A stretch of 64,000 nt of DNA. Origin: the human T2T-CHM13v2.0 reference genome, Homo sapiens. Of the stretch, positions 25,905 to 41,012 are shown piece after piece (within the stretch, counting starts at the first letter, position 1; every line of letters begins with the position of its first letter). Position numbers and translations under genes: made by a program. The notes beneath the pieces are model-generated. The model was not told the origin of the DNA. It ran no database searches and saw nothing but the letters and a program-made list of their open reading frames with translations. The stretch lies in NCBI RefSeq assembly GCF_009914755.1, contig NC_060926.1; one strand, 5' to 3'.

Positions 25905-28900
25905 AGAAACCAAGGTCTGAGTACTCACCATGCACTCATTGCTACTGGAGTTCCACTGCTTTCGGACGAAGGAGTTAAGAAAAAAATGTATGTATATATG
26001 TACATACTGACACTTCTAATTCCAATCCAGCATGCTAGGACTTTTCTAGCCTTCCTTCTTTCCATGTTTAGAAATCCCCTTTCAAACAGTAAAAAACACG
26101 GTTCCTATTATCCTCTTTATATTTATTTACTTGCTCAATAAATTATCCTTTCTCTTAACCAATCTTCCAACCATTCTAGCCATGTCCCCTGCCCACCACC
26201 TCCACACCCACTTTTCTACCCTGCTTTCATAGAAGGAAAAGGAGGCAAGGGGAGGGGAGGGGTTATTCCCTATCTTTCGTGTCTAAAACTTCCCAAGGCT
26301 ATAATCTTGGTATGAGCTGTTCTGGATAATTTTGCCCAACACCCAAATTCGTGCTCTTTCAACATTTAGATTTAAGTCTTCTTTTAGATCATGAAAGCCT
26401 TCCTAATATTTTAAATATGTTCCATTGTGTGTGTTTTCTGTGTGTCTATTTTTTATGTCTGTTATTTTTTGTTTTCTTTCAAGAACTAAAATTATGCTTC
26501 TGCTGGCTCTCCACTGCCTGTCTTCTATGTCAATCATTTTCTCTCTAATCTTTATTAATGCTTCCCTTATTTATGTTTCATTTATTCACCTTTCATCTAT
26601 GTTCCACACTGCATTTTCCACAGTGTCTATTTTCCCTTGAGATTCTTCCAACTTCATCTTCATTTCTGAGACCAATTTGCCTTTTTTTCTTTTATTTCCT
26701 CCTTGAGTTCTGCCAGCTCACATTTCACCACCTCTTGCCATTTTGTCATCCTTTCCCAAGCATTTACCTCTGCAAGTTGGGTCTTTCTTCACAGAAATGA
26801 TTGCTTTGTTGAGTTCTTTAAATTCACTGTGAAATACTTGATTAGACTTTTCATCTGCTCCCTGAAATTATTTTCCTGGGAATGTTCCTTATTTGGGGGT
26901 AATTTTCGTGGCTCTTGCTGACATTCTTCCCCCTAATATCATTGCTTCTAATCTACCAATGATCCTACTTTCTTTTTTATTACTTATTGTTGTATGAGAT
27001 GGGCTTTCTTGGATCATTTCTTTGCAGGAAGTTCTGAGGATGGAAGGAGGGCCCAGGGTAGACTTTCATTACTGAAGTAAGCTTTCTTTGTGGAGGAGAG
27101 CTAATGACTAGAAAGAGGCACATGGAGATTTCTGGGCTGCTGAAAAGATTCTGTACCTTGATCTGAATAGTGGTTACACAAAAGTTTATCAAACTGAAAA
27201 ATATTTGTGTGCTTTCCTGTATGTTATATCTCAACAAACATGTTAAGGAAGGAAAGAAGGAAGCCTCTTTTATTTGCTGCCAAAAACATTGTTTCTTGCA
27301 GTTAGGTGTCTTCTGGATGATCCTTTGTATAAATGCACCTCCTCTGCTTCTCTGAATCAAAGCAGGCCCAGGAGGTACGTTTCTTCAGTTTTGCTCACCC
27401 TAGTCCTTATTTGCGTTGATTACAAATAAGAGATGTTGCTTTGCCTCTTCAGGATGCCCCTTATATCCAGGATGTGTATTTTTTCTGGCACTCTTTGCCA
27501 CCTGCTATTCCTGAGCCCACCAGGTACTCTCCTAAACCTCTACTTCCCCCTCATGGCCTCTCCCAAACCCTCCTGCTCAGGACAGCCCTTGCACACATTA
27601 CACATTCCACAGATTGTATCTATCCTCTAATTCCACTGAAAATGGCATTTCGGAGTTTTCTATTGTTCTCTTTGCTGTTGTGTCCAGCAACAAGGAGACT
27701 GTAATGGTATCCAGGAGGAAGAGCAGAAGAGGTTGTCTTGTACAGCAGCCACATTATACAGGAAGTCCTATTTGCCTATTCCACTGATTCACCACTACAT
27801 CTCAAACGAGTCACCTCTTGAGACTCAGTCTCTCTATTAGCAGAATGGGAAGGAAAAAAATGCTGTCCTTCTCATTAGCTTCTTCTTATCAAAGAACAGT
27901 AGGGAAGGCACAGACATGAGGCCAAGTCTGTTTGCCATTATGAAGGGTTTCCTAAACGTCAAGCAACATGGTGCTTTCCATGGTGCTGATGATTTCACCT
28001 CGGTCCTGTTTCTCCTTTAACTTTCCCCTAAAGCTTGAGGGCTGCTCTCCCATAGACCATCAGCCAAAAAAACAGCTGATTCTTTAGGACTAGGATCTTA
28101 CCCCACACCTCAGACTCTCACCACCTCCCCAGCAACCCACACACTCACGCTGAAACACACAGCAGATTCTTCAAAATACCAATTAGCTAGCTGTCCTGTC
28201 TCATATCTCTGGCTGGCTGCAAAAGTAGCAGTAAGAACACGCCACTACTTGGCACCATCTGCCTGGCTGTGAGCAAACATAGGCTCCCCAGCCAGGCAGT
28301 GTAATTCAGGAAATACCAAGGCCAGACTCCTGCCTCTGACCCCACATGAACCCTGAAGTTTCAGGCTACAGATGGACAACATCAAATCACCAGGGCCCCA
28401 GGACTCCACCATCACTACATCAGTCACAAATATTGCCCTTACTAATAGAAGTGGCAGATGGAAACATAAATTCTTCAAAAGCAATTTGCTTGCCAAGGAC
28501 TAAGGAACGTATGAATGAAGTGTGAACAGTAAGTTTTTTCCGAGTTAGGGAGGCTGGACACGTCACCCGCTCAATTACACAGGCGGGCTCTAGAAGACCT
28601 AACCCAGTTTAATTTTCCATCAGGCTGAAAACATCTCTAGCTGACTTAAAGGCAAACACAAGGGTTTGTTCTCTCTTCCCTATGCTACTCCTTCAAGGAA
28701 GGCCCAGATCTTCAAGAGCAAAATGCAAGAAAGGTAACACTGGTTGGAGCATTGGGCATTCGGTTTTTCCAAAAGAATGAGGATAAAAACAATCCTTTGA
28801 TAAAATAATCCTTTGAAATCATATGCCCTTTTTCAGAAGACTCTGTAGCACACAAACAGTGTCCTTGGGGAATGAGGACTATATAAGCATTAATCATATG

Positions 28901-31900
28901 CATGCTCTGTGATGGCTGTCATGGCTGGAGGGTCTAGCAGGCACCCAGCATTCCTGTCGGCAGCTCCCTGCTCCCTACTGAGCTTTGGATTTTACAAAGG
29001 CAAGCACAGCACAGGTTGGAACAGGCAGACTGAAAAGAGCTTGGACTATGGGCATAGAAGTCAGGTTCTAAGTAAGTTCTGCCATTAACCAGCTGATACT
29101 CTTGAGAAAGTAACTTCCTCTCCCTAGTCTCAACATCAACCACGGAGAGGGCAAGTAGACCTGATCAACTCAAAGGCTTCTAACCTCAACAAGTGAGGAT
29201 TCTGGTTAACCTCTTGCTCAGCACAGCTGTTATCTCATTCCCAGATTCCAACCCCTAACACCATAAAGGGAGGCCTTGTGCTTGGTGAATCAGCTGCCAC
29301 TTCACCCAGGCCTGGAATGCAGCTGTTAGTTACTGTGGCCAAATGCAGCCATTACTTCAAAACCAACAGCAGTGGCAAATGGCAGAGAAAATAAAATTCA
29401 GCAAACTCTCACTGCAAAACCAAGACAGCAGATGAAAGAGTGGAGGAAGTGACTGCCTATGTAACATTTCTCTGAATTGCCCACCTTTTACTTCTCCACG
29501 AGAAACAGATAACAGAAGGAAGCCACCCATTGAGTTGGAAAATGCCTCATCCCTTGTTCTCAGATGAATTCAGGCTGCTAATAGCACTGATACTTTTAGA
29601 AAACTAAAGACAAGGAATGTCTGGCTTAAAAGGAGTCTGTCAGAATGTGAAATGATGCTCCCTTTCCTTCCTTGAGAGTATAAACTGGCTTGGCTCGAAT
29701 TATGTCTAATTAGGATGCAGTGAAAATGAAATACACATAAACACACAGACATAGAGACACTCACACAGGAACTGGCCCCACCGTCCTGCGGCAGTGCGGA
29801 CAGATTGTAATGGACGCGATGTGGTACAATCATTAAACATCTCTCTAGCTTATTTGCGTGCAGTGTGTCTCAATAATGTGTTATGAGGTGTGTTTGTAAT
29901 TGGCTACTGCTGATAGTGGTCCTTGAAAGGGAAATGGAGTGTGTCTAAATGCAGACAAAGCTACTTAGCGCGCCAGGACAAGATGAGATGCTCCTCACAA
30001 GGTCCAAATGGGATACTCAGGGCTTCTTCCACCCATAGCTTGGGAGAGAGAAAAAGGAATAATCTGTCTCAATTTTCTCAGCTCCAGAAACAATATTTAT
30101 AAAATAGAAGGTGATTTCAGAGCTCATTTATTTTCCTGGTTCACAGTCCCCACTCTCTGCTGACATCATTTTCTAACCAATTTTATTTCCAACAATCACA
30201 GGAACAGCCTCAATTCTACTTGAAATCGTTAAAAACAAATCCATTCTTTCCTTGTCTTTGAGCCTCATCTTTCAAAAACTGGTTTAATTTCTATACTGCC
30301 TTTCTTTGAAAAAATATTCCAGGCCTCCGAATAGCCACACCAGATCCTTCCTTCTCCCTTTCTTACCTCCTAAATCCGTGTATTATAAATGCAGAGAGCA
30401 CACAGCTTCCTCCGGACCCTTGTTTCTACGCACTCTATTCACTATTCTCTGGCTAAGCACATCAATGGTTGTCCCACCTGTAGACAATGAGTGATTCCAA
30501 AGGCTATGACTTCCAAACACTAGGCACCTTAGAAACTGAATAAGCCGAAGATTTAAAAAGTCACAGAAAGAAAGAATCACCTTTCTTACCCAGAAGGCAA
30601 CCTCCAATGAGCAAAATCAGAGCCTACCAAGAAATACCAAGCATGGTGCTGGCTTGCATGAAGACTGTGGCCATATCCTGGCACAGCAGCCACTTAGAGC
30701 ACTAGGGAAGAGAATGGCAGCAAATGGGCGAGATGTCAGCCTTCCTATGTCCTTCCCTGACCTCCCAGGGAAACAACCACAGGAAAGAAGAACCAAGGTT
30801 CACACGGCATGCTTGGTTCTTGGGCAAGCCATGCCTGCCCTGTAGCAATCACCACAATTTTTTTTTCTAAGTGCTCAGAAAACCATCTGTTCTAAAACTG
30901 GGGGGAATTAATGTAAAGCTGATTGGTCTTTTTCTCTGAGTGGGAGAAACTGACTCTGTGACACGTATTATCAACTCTCACACAGGCACTAGATTCACGT
31001 GAAACCATTCTTAAAAGTCAGATTTTTTAAAGCTATAACTCATCCTGACTCAGATGGGTTGAGAAAAATGGTGGGAACTTGAACTCTAACTCCAAATCTC
31101 TGAATGATTTGGGAGTCAAGTATTCTGGTCTTCCCTCAATCAGGTACCCCACTTGTAAGACAGAGTTAGACACACTGTCTCCTACCCCTATGGTTGTTCA
31201 GCAGAGCTAGAGGATTTAAAACAACAGGCACTCTGGCCTCTCAAAGACAGCAGCTGGAATGAGGCAGAGAACACAATCCTCCCTGCTGCAGCTGTGAAGC
31301 CCCAGCAGACTACCCAGGATGCAGATGGGGGCTGCTACCTGTTGAGCTACCCAGCCTGCAGGGCACAAGCCTGCAGGGATCAAGGACAAAGACCCAGGGA
31401 TTCTTCATCAGCAAGCTTCAATGACACCAGGACAGGGACCTTCCGGGGTGGCTAGCCTGCAGGACTTCGCAAGTCTCCAGGCAAAAGGGCCAGGGCTTAG
31501 GCTTCGTTGCCATAATGCTGAGCACAGCACTGGACACACAGCAGATGTTTGCTAAACATTTGTGAAATCTAATTTGTTCACTGAATCAACAACAGGAAAG
31601 CCAAAAGGCAGAGGCAGGGAGGACTAACTGCTTATTTACCAGGCTGGTTTAACTAGGGATACTTTCCTATAAGCCCCCTGTGTGGCTTTTACCCATGGCT
31701 TTAAACTACAACCCATTAAGCAGAAAATAAACTATAACAAACCACCACAAATTGCAAAAAAAGCTCAGCCCTGAACCCACCCTTATAGGGAGTCCTGGCG
31801 TCATCGCTATGACAGTCTGACATGCATCATCCCTTTTCAGCCTTTTAAAGCTTTTTACCTTTTAAAATAAAGTGAGATGCTGCAGGTAAACAGACATTTG

Positions 31901-33814
31901 CTTAAAACATTTTTTTTTTCACACAAAGGTCCTTATCCGATGTTAGTCATATTTTTCTATGCAAGATGAATTTCAATTTGATCCTTTCCTCCTTTTACTA
32001 CATCTTGTTTGCTTCTTTTTCATATTTTATTTATTTTTTGATGTTTTAAATAGGCCATCAGAAGTACGGTCACCAACAGGACAGTCCTACAGACAGCTGT
32101 TGCCTCTAGTGATGGGGCTGGATGCCTTCTCCCACTAAAACTGTGTACTTGCTTTTTTTTTTTTTTTTCTTTGTATCCCTCCTTGTTCCATTGAGGACCC
32201 TCCAAAGTCTGGGAACTGAGCTCCCATTTCAATTGCCAATGCCATAAAAAACTGTCCCCTGGGAAAGGCTGGTGGTCACAGCTGTCTTTCTGCTCCTGCC
32301 CATGCAGCAGAAGTGTCTTCCAAAATGCCCCTCCCAGAGAGCAATGAGCCCAGCTCCAGGCACAGGAGAGCAAACAGCCAGTGGCTGCTTTCTTAGCCTA
32401 AGCACCGTGTGAACCAGTCCTGGACAAAAACCTGTGCTTGCCAACAACACTGGTACATCGGAGCCAACCTCCTGATCAGCTTGTGAGACGTCCCATAGCA
32501 TTTACTGACCTCGTATTCATAGACCCTTAGCTTCTCAGAATCTCATTCCTCATGGTAAACTGTGAAAATGCTGCCTAACAAAAAGTCTTGGCTAAGATTA
32601 CAGGAGATGTATGGGACAGCACCAGGCACACTGTTTGGTATGAAACACATGCTAAAAAATGAGGATCTCTCAAATCCCTCCTCATGACCCAATTATTGTT
32701 AGATGTCACGATCGTCAAAGAAAAAGGCCAACATCCATGACCTAGGTCATATTCCAGTCCTTCTCATTGGAAAGGATATTTGATGATAACATCTTGGCCA
32801 ACTGATTTCCCAGTGAATCAGGATCCACTTTGTCCCCCATCCCCTGTATGACAAAGATCCACTATCATTGTCATGGGCCCACAGTCCCCTGCAGCCTGCC
32901 CTGACGTCACTTCAAACCTTCTCCTTGCTATCTCCAGATTCTCACTTTGATCCTCATGCTTCACCAAGTCCTCCTTTCTCATGTTATGGAATCTTATCCC
33001 CATGTGCTTCTGGAACTCTTACTTTGTGATGGATTAAACCTAGAAGTCCCCAAGTGATCCCAGTAAGGAAGTAATTCCAGTCTAGATGAATTAGGCCTCT
33101 GCAGCAGTGGTGTTATATGCAGCTACTAATAAAATTCTAGAAACACTTCCCAATGAATAAAATCCTTTCAAACTAACACTGAAACCCCTCTCTTAGACTG
33201 TGGCAGGATAGAGAAGTAAATGCAAGATAGAAACCTTCTCATTTTCCTTAGATTTCAAAGAAATCTAAATTTTAAAAGAATATTTGCTTGGAAGTTTCTA
33301 TCATTCACTGTTGAAATTTCAGAAATTGATGAAGCAATTCTGGATAATGGTGGTTTGAATGTGCCCCTGCTGATAGCTAGTGGTGTCTCTCTCAGCACCA
33401 ATTCAACTGCAGGGAGCCACTGAGAGCAGCACACAGGTGTGGAGTCTAAGCGAGACCTCAGGATCTGCCGGGCTGGGTGGAGAAGGTCATTGCAGGGTTG
33501 AGAGAGAGCCTGGAGAATGGCATCTAAGAACAGACACAGGAGCAAGATCAGTTGTCCCTGAATCCTGGGGAAAGCTTGGCCCAGAGTAGGAGAGGCCCCT
33601 GGGAGGAAGGCAACTCCAGTCGTCAAGAATGTTCTGAGGGGATCTCCTGTCTCTGTGGCCCAGAGGAAGGGATGGGAAGCTGAACAGGCCTACTGAGTCC
33701 TCTGTAGCCTGGAGCTAGGGTAGCTCAGGGTATTCCTTCTGGTGCTGCAAGGAACCAACAGCCTGGCTGGTGGTACTGCTCCTACAAGGTATAGGAGCTG
33801 AGACTGCAACACAC

Positions 33815-34370
33815 TGACAGAGCAGGAGAATCATCATCTTGGACAAACACCACCACTTTAAGTTCAGTTCCCTTTCTAGCCTCATGCATTTTCAAGGAAA
33901 TCACTTCTAACTACAAGCAGCCAAAAAGAGCAGACAGTAAAACACAAGTAAGACAACTCAGGCACAGAGGGAGGTGGGGGGAAAGTCTCTTGGGTAACTG
34001 CCAAATTTCACCCTCATACAATGGGCCCCAGTACAACAGTGGGCCTTAATAAGCACATTCCTTTCCCTTCAGGTGCACTAAGATAGGGAAGCTAAAAGCA
34101 GTGGGGATATGCCTGCAGCTGCAGAACAATGTATGGGAACAGACACACAACTCTCCCTCCCAGATAAGCACAACAAAGAGACACAAAAGCAGCCTAAGCC
34201 TCTAATAAACTCCCCCACCCTGAATCCTTAAAAACTCTTAGTCTGTAAAAGAATGTGCCTCTGACCTAACTGCACCAGAAGCTCTTCTCAGGTTTGTTTT
34301 CTCTAAAATAAACCTGTCTTAACTGACGAGCCACCTTTCGTGTTTCTTTCCTCTTTCTTTACTTCTTACA
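33815..34370 (+). mobile_element. ERV1 solo LTR (LTR19B-like)
   Basis: TGACAGAGCAGGAG...TCTTACA termini, aataaa near the 3' end, flanks cacac/cacat. Confidence 0.75.
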
Positions 34371-34899
34371 CACATCACCATTCTCTGCTGACTTTGCCTG
34401 AAGGCAGCTGGTCCTAAGCTGCAACAAGTGGGGAAAAAAAAAAAAGCCACCCACAAAGAGGACCAGAAGCTGGAGACATGAGCAAACAAAACACTTAGAA
34501 GGAGAAGCTGTTGATGAAACAGAGCTGCTAAAGGAGACAAAGGGCAACTCAAACAAAAAATAATAATAGCACTTAACGGTATTCAATTACAGCACATGAA
34601 CAAGAAAGACTTTCTGGGAATAAAAATCATGATTTTTCAAACTAAAAAGCTCAGCAGAGTAGTTGATGAAAAGGATGGTTGCTGTAGAGACCTAAATTAG
34701 CGGCTTAGAAGATCAAGTAGAAAAATACACACACGCACACACAAGAGCAAAAATACAAAGAAATAAAAATCAGGGGCAAAAAGAAATTTCGAGAACAGAC
34801 TCTAAAAACCCAGCTTGTGAATAACAATAATCCCAGAAGGGGAAAAAGGAACAAATACAAAAGAGACAAGAATTTAACAAATGGAAGTAAAGAATTTAC

Positions 34900-34984
34900 C
34901 TGACTTGAAGAAAGACCTGAGTCTGCAAATGGAACTGAGCTTCTTGCAAGAGACATGGGAAATGACATACAGCAAGGTGTCCTC
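34900..34984 (-). CDS. GALNT14: GALNT14 alternative cassette exon B (85 nt), antisense to an old L1 ORF1 remnant
   Basis: Acceptor ...ccttatctttgggacttag|GAG and donor CAG|GTAAAT. After exon A it continues (G)GHLAVCHFPCLLQEAQFHLQTQVFLQV(R). From the internal ATG at 34968 it gives MSFPMSLARSSVPFADSGLSSSQ, ending in phase 0. Both peptides match my recollection of GALNT14 isoform variants. Confidence 0.8.
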
Positions 34985-35121
34985 CTAAGTCCCAAAGATA
35001 AGGAGAAAATGTCATGAGCTCCAAACAGAGAGAACAGGTAACTAACAAAGAAAAAGTATTATGACTTCAGTCATACACCATCTGCAAAACTGGAATCCAG
35101 AAGACAATGGAAAACCATCCA

Positions 35122-35447
35122 GGCCAGGCACAGTGGCTCATGCCTGTAATCCCAACACTTTAGGAGGCCGAGGCAGGAGGACCACTTGAGCCCAGGAGTT
35201 CAAGACCAGCCTGGGCAACCTAGCAAGACCCCATCTCTACTAAATAAATAAATAAAATTAGCCAGGCAGAGTGCCACATGTCTGTAGTCCTAACTACTTG
35301 GGAGGTTGAGGCAGGAAAGATCACTTGAGCCCAGGAGGTTGAGGTTGCAACGAGCTATCACCATGCCATTATACTCCAGACTGGGTGACAGAGCAAGACC
35401 CTGTTTCAAAAAAATTACAAAAAAAAAAATAATCCCAAACGAACCAC
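35122..35447 (+). mobile_element. AluJ
   Basis: gagcccaggagttcaagaccagcctgggcaac J-type motif; TSD aaaaccatcca (35111-35121, 35448-35458). Confidence 0.93.
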
Positions 35448-35932
35448 AAAACCATCCATACATTGCCAAGTGTCCGAGGCAGATGTTATCCACCTGTCTA
35501 ATTTGTAGAATATTTGCGGATACAAGAGTTCATAGAAAACATAACCCACATACCCTGTCTCAAGAAGATATTCTGATCAAAAAATAAATGAACTCAAACA
35601 AAAATCTCAAGATGGGTGAGATGAAAAGAAGAGAAAACAGAGGTGTGATGAACCTTGCAATCTGCACAGTTAAATCTAATTAGGTAATATTAAAGTGACT
35701 GGAAACAGGTAATGGAAGTGACAAATAAGAATACCTGAAAAAGAGGAGGGATTCTGCAAAGAAAATCTGAACATTTAGTTCTAGAAGTGTTAAATTATCT
35801 CAGCAAAGCCCAGTAATTAGGGGTAGTGGAAGGTAGGGTGAATAAAAGTCTTCTAAAGGCCCATCTGCCCACAGGGTATGCAAGTGTAAGGAAGAAAAAG
35901 TACTCATAAAAGGCTCAATTTACTAGGCTGCT

Positions 35933-36185
35933 GCCAGGCACAGTGGCTCACGCCTGTGAGGCAGGAGGATCACTCTAGGTGAGCCTGGGCAACATAGCAA
36001 GACCCTATTTTTAAAATAAAAAAAATTAATTAGCTGAGCATGGTGGTGCACAACTTAGTCCTAGCTACTTGAGAAACTGAAGCAGGAGGATCTTTTGGGC
36101 CCAGGAGTTTGAAGCTACAGTGAGCTATGACTGCACCACTGCACTCTACCCTGGGTGACAGAGAGACAGATCCTGTCTCCAAAAT
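35933..36185 (+). mobile_element. AluJ with internal deletions
   Basis: gccaggcacagtggctcacgcctgt joined directly to gaggcaggaggatcac; degenerate right arm. Confidence 0.85.
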
Positions 36186-36919
36186 ATATTTATTAGGATG
36201 ATAATGAATGGGTGAGTAAAACATCCTGGCAGAAGGAGGGGCATGTAAAATCATCATTGATATCTTGATTGCATAGAAATATGCCTTCGAATGTCCTGGA
36301 AAGAAAGATAACAGTCAGCATAGATGGTATAGTAAGATGTCCAAATTAAAAAGGGAAAGAGAAATTGAAGTAGTAATTGGCCAAACCAGCAAAAGTAATA
36401 AAATGGAGAAAGATAAAAATAAAATAAATAGTATATATTCAATTATATCTACTATTTCACTAATTTTTATAAGCTGAACATTCTTATTAAAATACAAACA
36501 TTATCAGATTGTATTGAAAAATAAAAATATGTATTCAGGTCAACAGAGAGTTATACGTAATTTATAAGAAACATTTTATGCCATAAAGAAAAATTAAAAA
36601 TAGATGGTCAAATGCAAATGAAAACAAAGCAGGACAGACGATATTAACACCAGATAAGGTGAATGTTAAGGCACAATTTATTAAAATATAAATCACTAAG
36701 AACAAAACAAAATAGCACTAAAATATTATAAAGCCAAAACTCTTGATAGTAGGAGATTTTGATTAAAATAAAATTATAGTGTATGATTTCAGGATTGAAC
36801 AGATCCAGTAGCTCAAAAAATGACATAAACCAAGAAAGACAAGGATAAGTTGAATCAAGAATATTTATCTAATACATATATATAGAGAGAACTATATAAC
36901 CATCAAATAAAGAATATTT

Positions 36920-37216
<297 letters not shown>

Positions 37217-40031
37217 GAATATTCAGGGGCTTTCTTTCATATGTCCAAAAGACACTTTAAATATTGATTATGTAATTGGCCATTAATAAAAACTTAAAAA
37301 TTTTGAAAAGTAGAGATTTGATAGGCCACATTCTCATCTCATAATTCAATACAATCCAAAATTAAAAGTATCAAAAATCCTAAGGATTTTGAAATTGAGA
37401 AACATGCTCCTACCTGAGTAGCTCTTCAGACAAATAGAAAATCAAAATTAAAAATATAAATAGTCTAGTAAGAACTGAAGAGGAAGCCAGTCAAAATGTA
37501 TGGGACACAGCAAAGGCTGGCTGCATGCAAAAGAAATGTACAACCCTATATGCCCTAATTATTTCTAAAACAGGAATATTCAAAAATAGAGAGCATTACT
37601 AGCAAGAAAAGTTAAAATTAATGACTACAAATGAAATGTAATAGGAAGGTACATAAATGCAAAAACTGGCTCTTTGAAAACATCTATAAGATGGAGTAGG
37701 TTTAAGAAAGGATAAAATATGTATGATTGGAAACGTGAATGGAGATATGACCATAGGTGTAGAACACAGAATTAGAAGACACTACTATGTGCAACTTTGG
37801 TAAAATTTTAAAACCTAAAAGACATGGGTTAATTTACTAACAAAATGGATACTACCCAAACTGACCAAAGAAGTAGTAGAAAACGTGAAAAGACCTGTTA
37901 CCATATGCAATAGTGGAAGATAGGCTATGCTAACAAGCAGAAGTTCCTGCTTACACAGTAGTCTTGGGTAGGTGTTCTGGACAATAGGGAAGCTTTCTTC
38001 CATTCAGTTATTTAGAGACCAAAACATCTTACATCATGTGGCCCTGCCATCCCTAGAGTCTTGTCACCCACATTATCTGGCAGAAGGAGAAGAATATGGC
38101 AGATCGTGCATGGGAGGTTTTATAGTGTGGCCTATAAATAGAACCCATCATTTCTACTCCATTTTATTGGACCCAAGTTAGTTACATGCTACTTAAAGCA
38201 AGGGAGAATGTGAAATGCAATCTTGCTGTGTGCCCAAACAACGAGACATCAGAATTTGGTGAGTAATTAGACGTATCATGGCAGAGATAGAGAAGGTGAC
38301 TAAAGGGCTACCATTGAAGAAGTCAATAGAACTAGATAATTTCACAGCTGAGTTTTATATGATCATTAAAGAATAAATCGGCGAAAGTTATTTAAACTAT
38401 TCTCATCTGCTAAAAAACTTCCCTAATTCATTTTATCAAAGCAATACACACCTAAATCTAAAACCAAAGTACCAAAAAAAACTATAAACAAATCCAACTT
38501 ATGAAAATAGATGTTAAAATTCCAAATAAATGTCAACAAATACAAGCCAGTAGCATAAATAAAAATAAACTGTAACTAAATAGAGTTCATTCCAGGAATG
38601 CAAGGATGATTCAAAACAAGAAAATCAAAATAAATCACTGCATCAATAAAAGAGAAATATGATTCAATCAAAAGATAAAAATCCAAAAAAACTAATAAAA
38701 ACTCAAAGTAAATCAAGAATAAAACAAAAGTTAAAATGTGATATAGAATATCTAATAAAGGTGAGCAGTAAATAATGAACACTAAAGCCATTTGCATCAA
38801 AATCAAGAGAGTCCTTATACTGCCACGGCATTTAATTTTGAAAGTTCTCATGAATGCAACAAAATAAGACAATAAAATAGTCAAGATAAATCTCAAAAAG
38901 GAGAGACAAATTTTACTTATTTTGATAATGATGTGATTTTTATACTTAGGAAATTCAATAGACTAATTGAGAAGTAGCTACTGGATTTAATAAGAAAATT
39001 CTGGTAAAAAGTATGACATTGCCATAGTAAAAGACAAAGAGGTCCATGGAAAATGGAGTTCCCAGAACTAGAACCCAATATTTATGGGAAATTATATGAC
39101 AAAGTGGTCTTTTAATTAGTGGGGGAAGTGATGGCTTATTTAATTAATGATGTTGACACAAATGACTATTCATTTTGGAAGAAAATACAGTTGAATCCCT
39201 ACCTCAAACCTGACATAAAAATAAATCCCAGATGGACCTAAGATTTAAAAGTTTAAGAAAAAAAAATCATATAAAAGTGGAAATTTGGGATATTCTATGT
39301 ACAATCTAGGACTTACGATGATCTTTTTAATCAAGACAGGGCATTCATGAGCTATTTTTTGAAAAGACATATTCGACTGTATTTTTCAAAGCCAAAAAGT
39401 TATATGGCAATATATACCATAAAGTCAACAGTATTAACAAATTAATCAGAAAAAAATCTGCAACATATATGACTAATAAAGAACTATCAATAACATGCAA
39501 AGAGCTCTTTTACTTGGCAACAAAAAGATAAACCGTACAGTAGAAAAATAGGGAGAGGATATGAATAGACCCCTCATAGAAGGGCAAGATCCTTACATGC
39601 AATAAACATATGAGAACATACTCAACCTCTCTGGTAATCAGAGGAATATAAAATTACAATTGGATCCCGTTTCATACTCTTTAGGTTGGCAAAACGAAAA
39701 TGACGACATTTATACCAAAGAGGATGCTGGGGAAAGAGTACTCTCGTACTTTGCTAACGAAAATGTAGATTGTTTTACAAAGCAATCTTAAAATATACAT
39801 AATATAAAAATTACAGACTCCTTTTGACTCAGAATTCCCACTCCTCAAAAGTTATACTTCAGAAGCAAAAGCTCTAACATGTAAGAATATGTGTACATAG
39901 ATTATTTCAGCTCTGTCTGTAGCAACAAGAGATGAGAGATAAAGTGTATACCCATCAAATGGAAATAGCTGAATAAAATAAGTTACATCCACACTGCAGA
40001 ATATTATGCAGTCATTAAAAATAATGAGCTA

Positions 40032-40413
<382 letters not shown>

Positions 40414-40717
40414 TCAATCTCTCACTCTCCTTTTTAATAACAACCAAAACAGATCTGTAAATGTTTATACATGTTTACAAACTGGTTACACAATGCAGAG
40501 AGAAAGCTATTGAAGTTCACATATCCAGATTCTTATGTTGCTTATCTCAAAGGGGGTGAAGCAGAGGGTGGTGAGTGAAAAGATAGATAAATAAGTTGCA
40601 GTGAGAAATATCACACAGACAATAGCCCATTTACGTAAATCATCCATTTTGATTTTCTCTCTACAACTTTTTTCAACGTATATATCTTGTTTTAAACAAA
40701 TTAGTATCCTACCATGA

Positions 40718-41012
<295 letters not shown>

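Larger units (their letters stand above)
18600..27000 (-). mobile_element. Large ancient L1 (L1M-type) with nested elements, including an L1MC-like 3' segment at about 24370-26150
   Basis: Long T-rich degenerate L1 sequence; ORF1-like residue on the minus strand near 26350-26400 (FHDLKEDLNLNVERA). Boundaries approximate. Confidence 0.7.
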
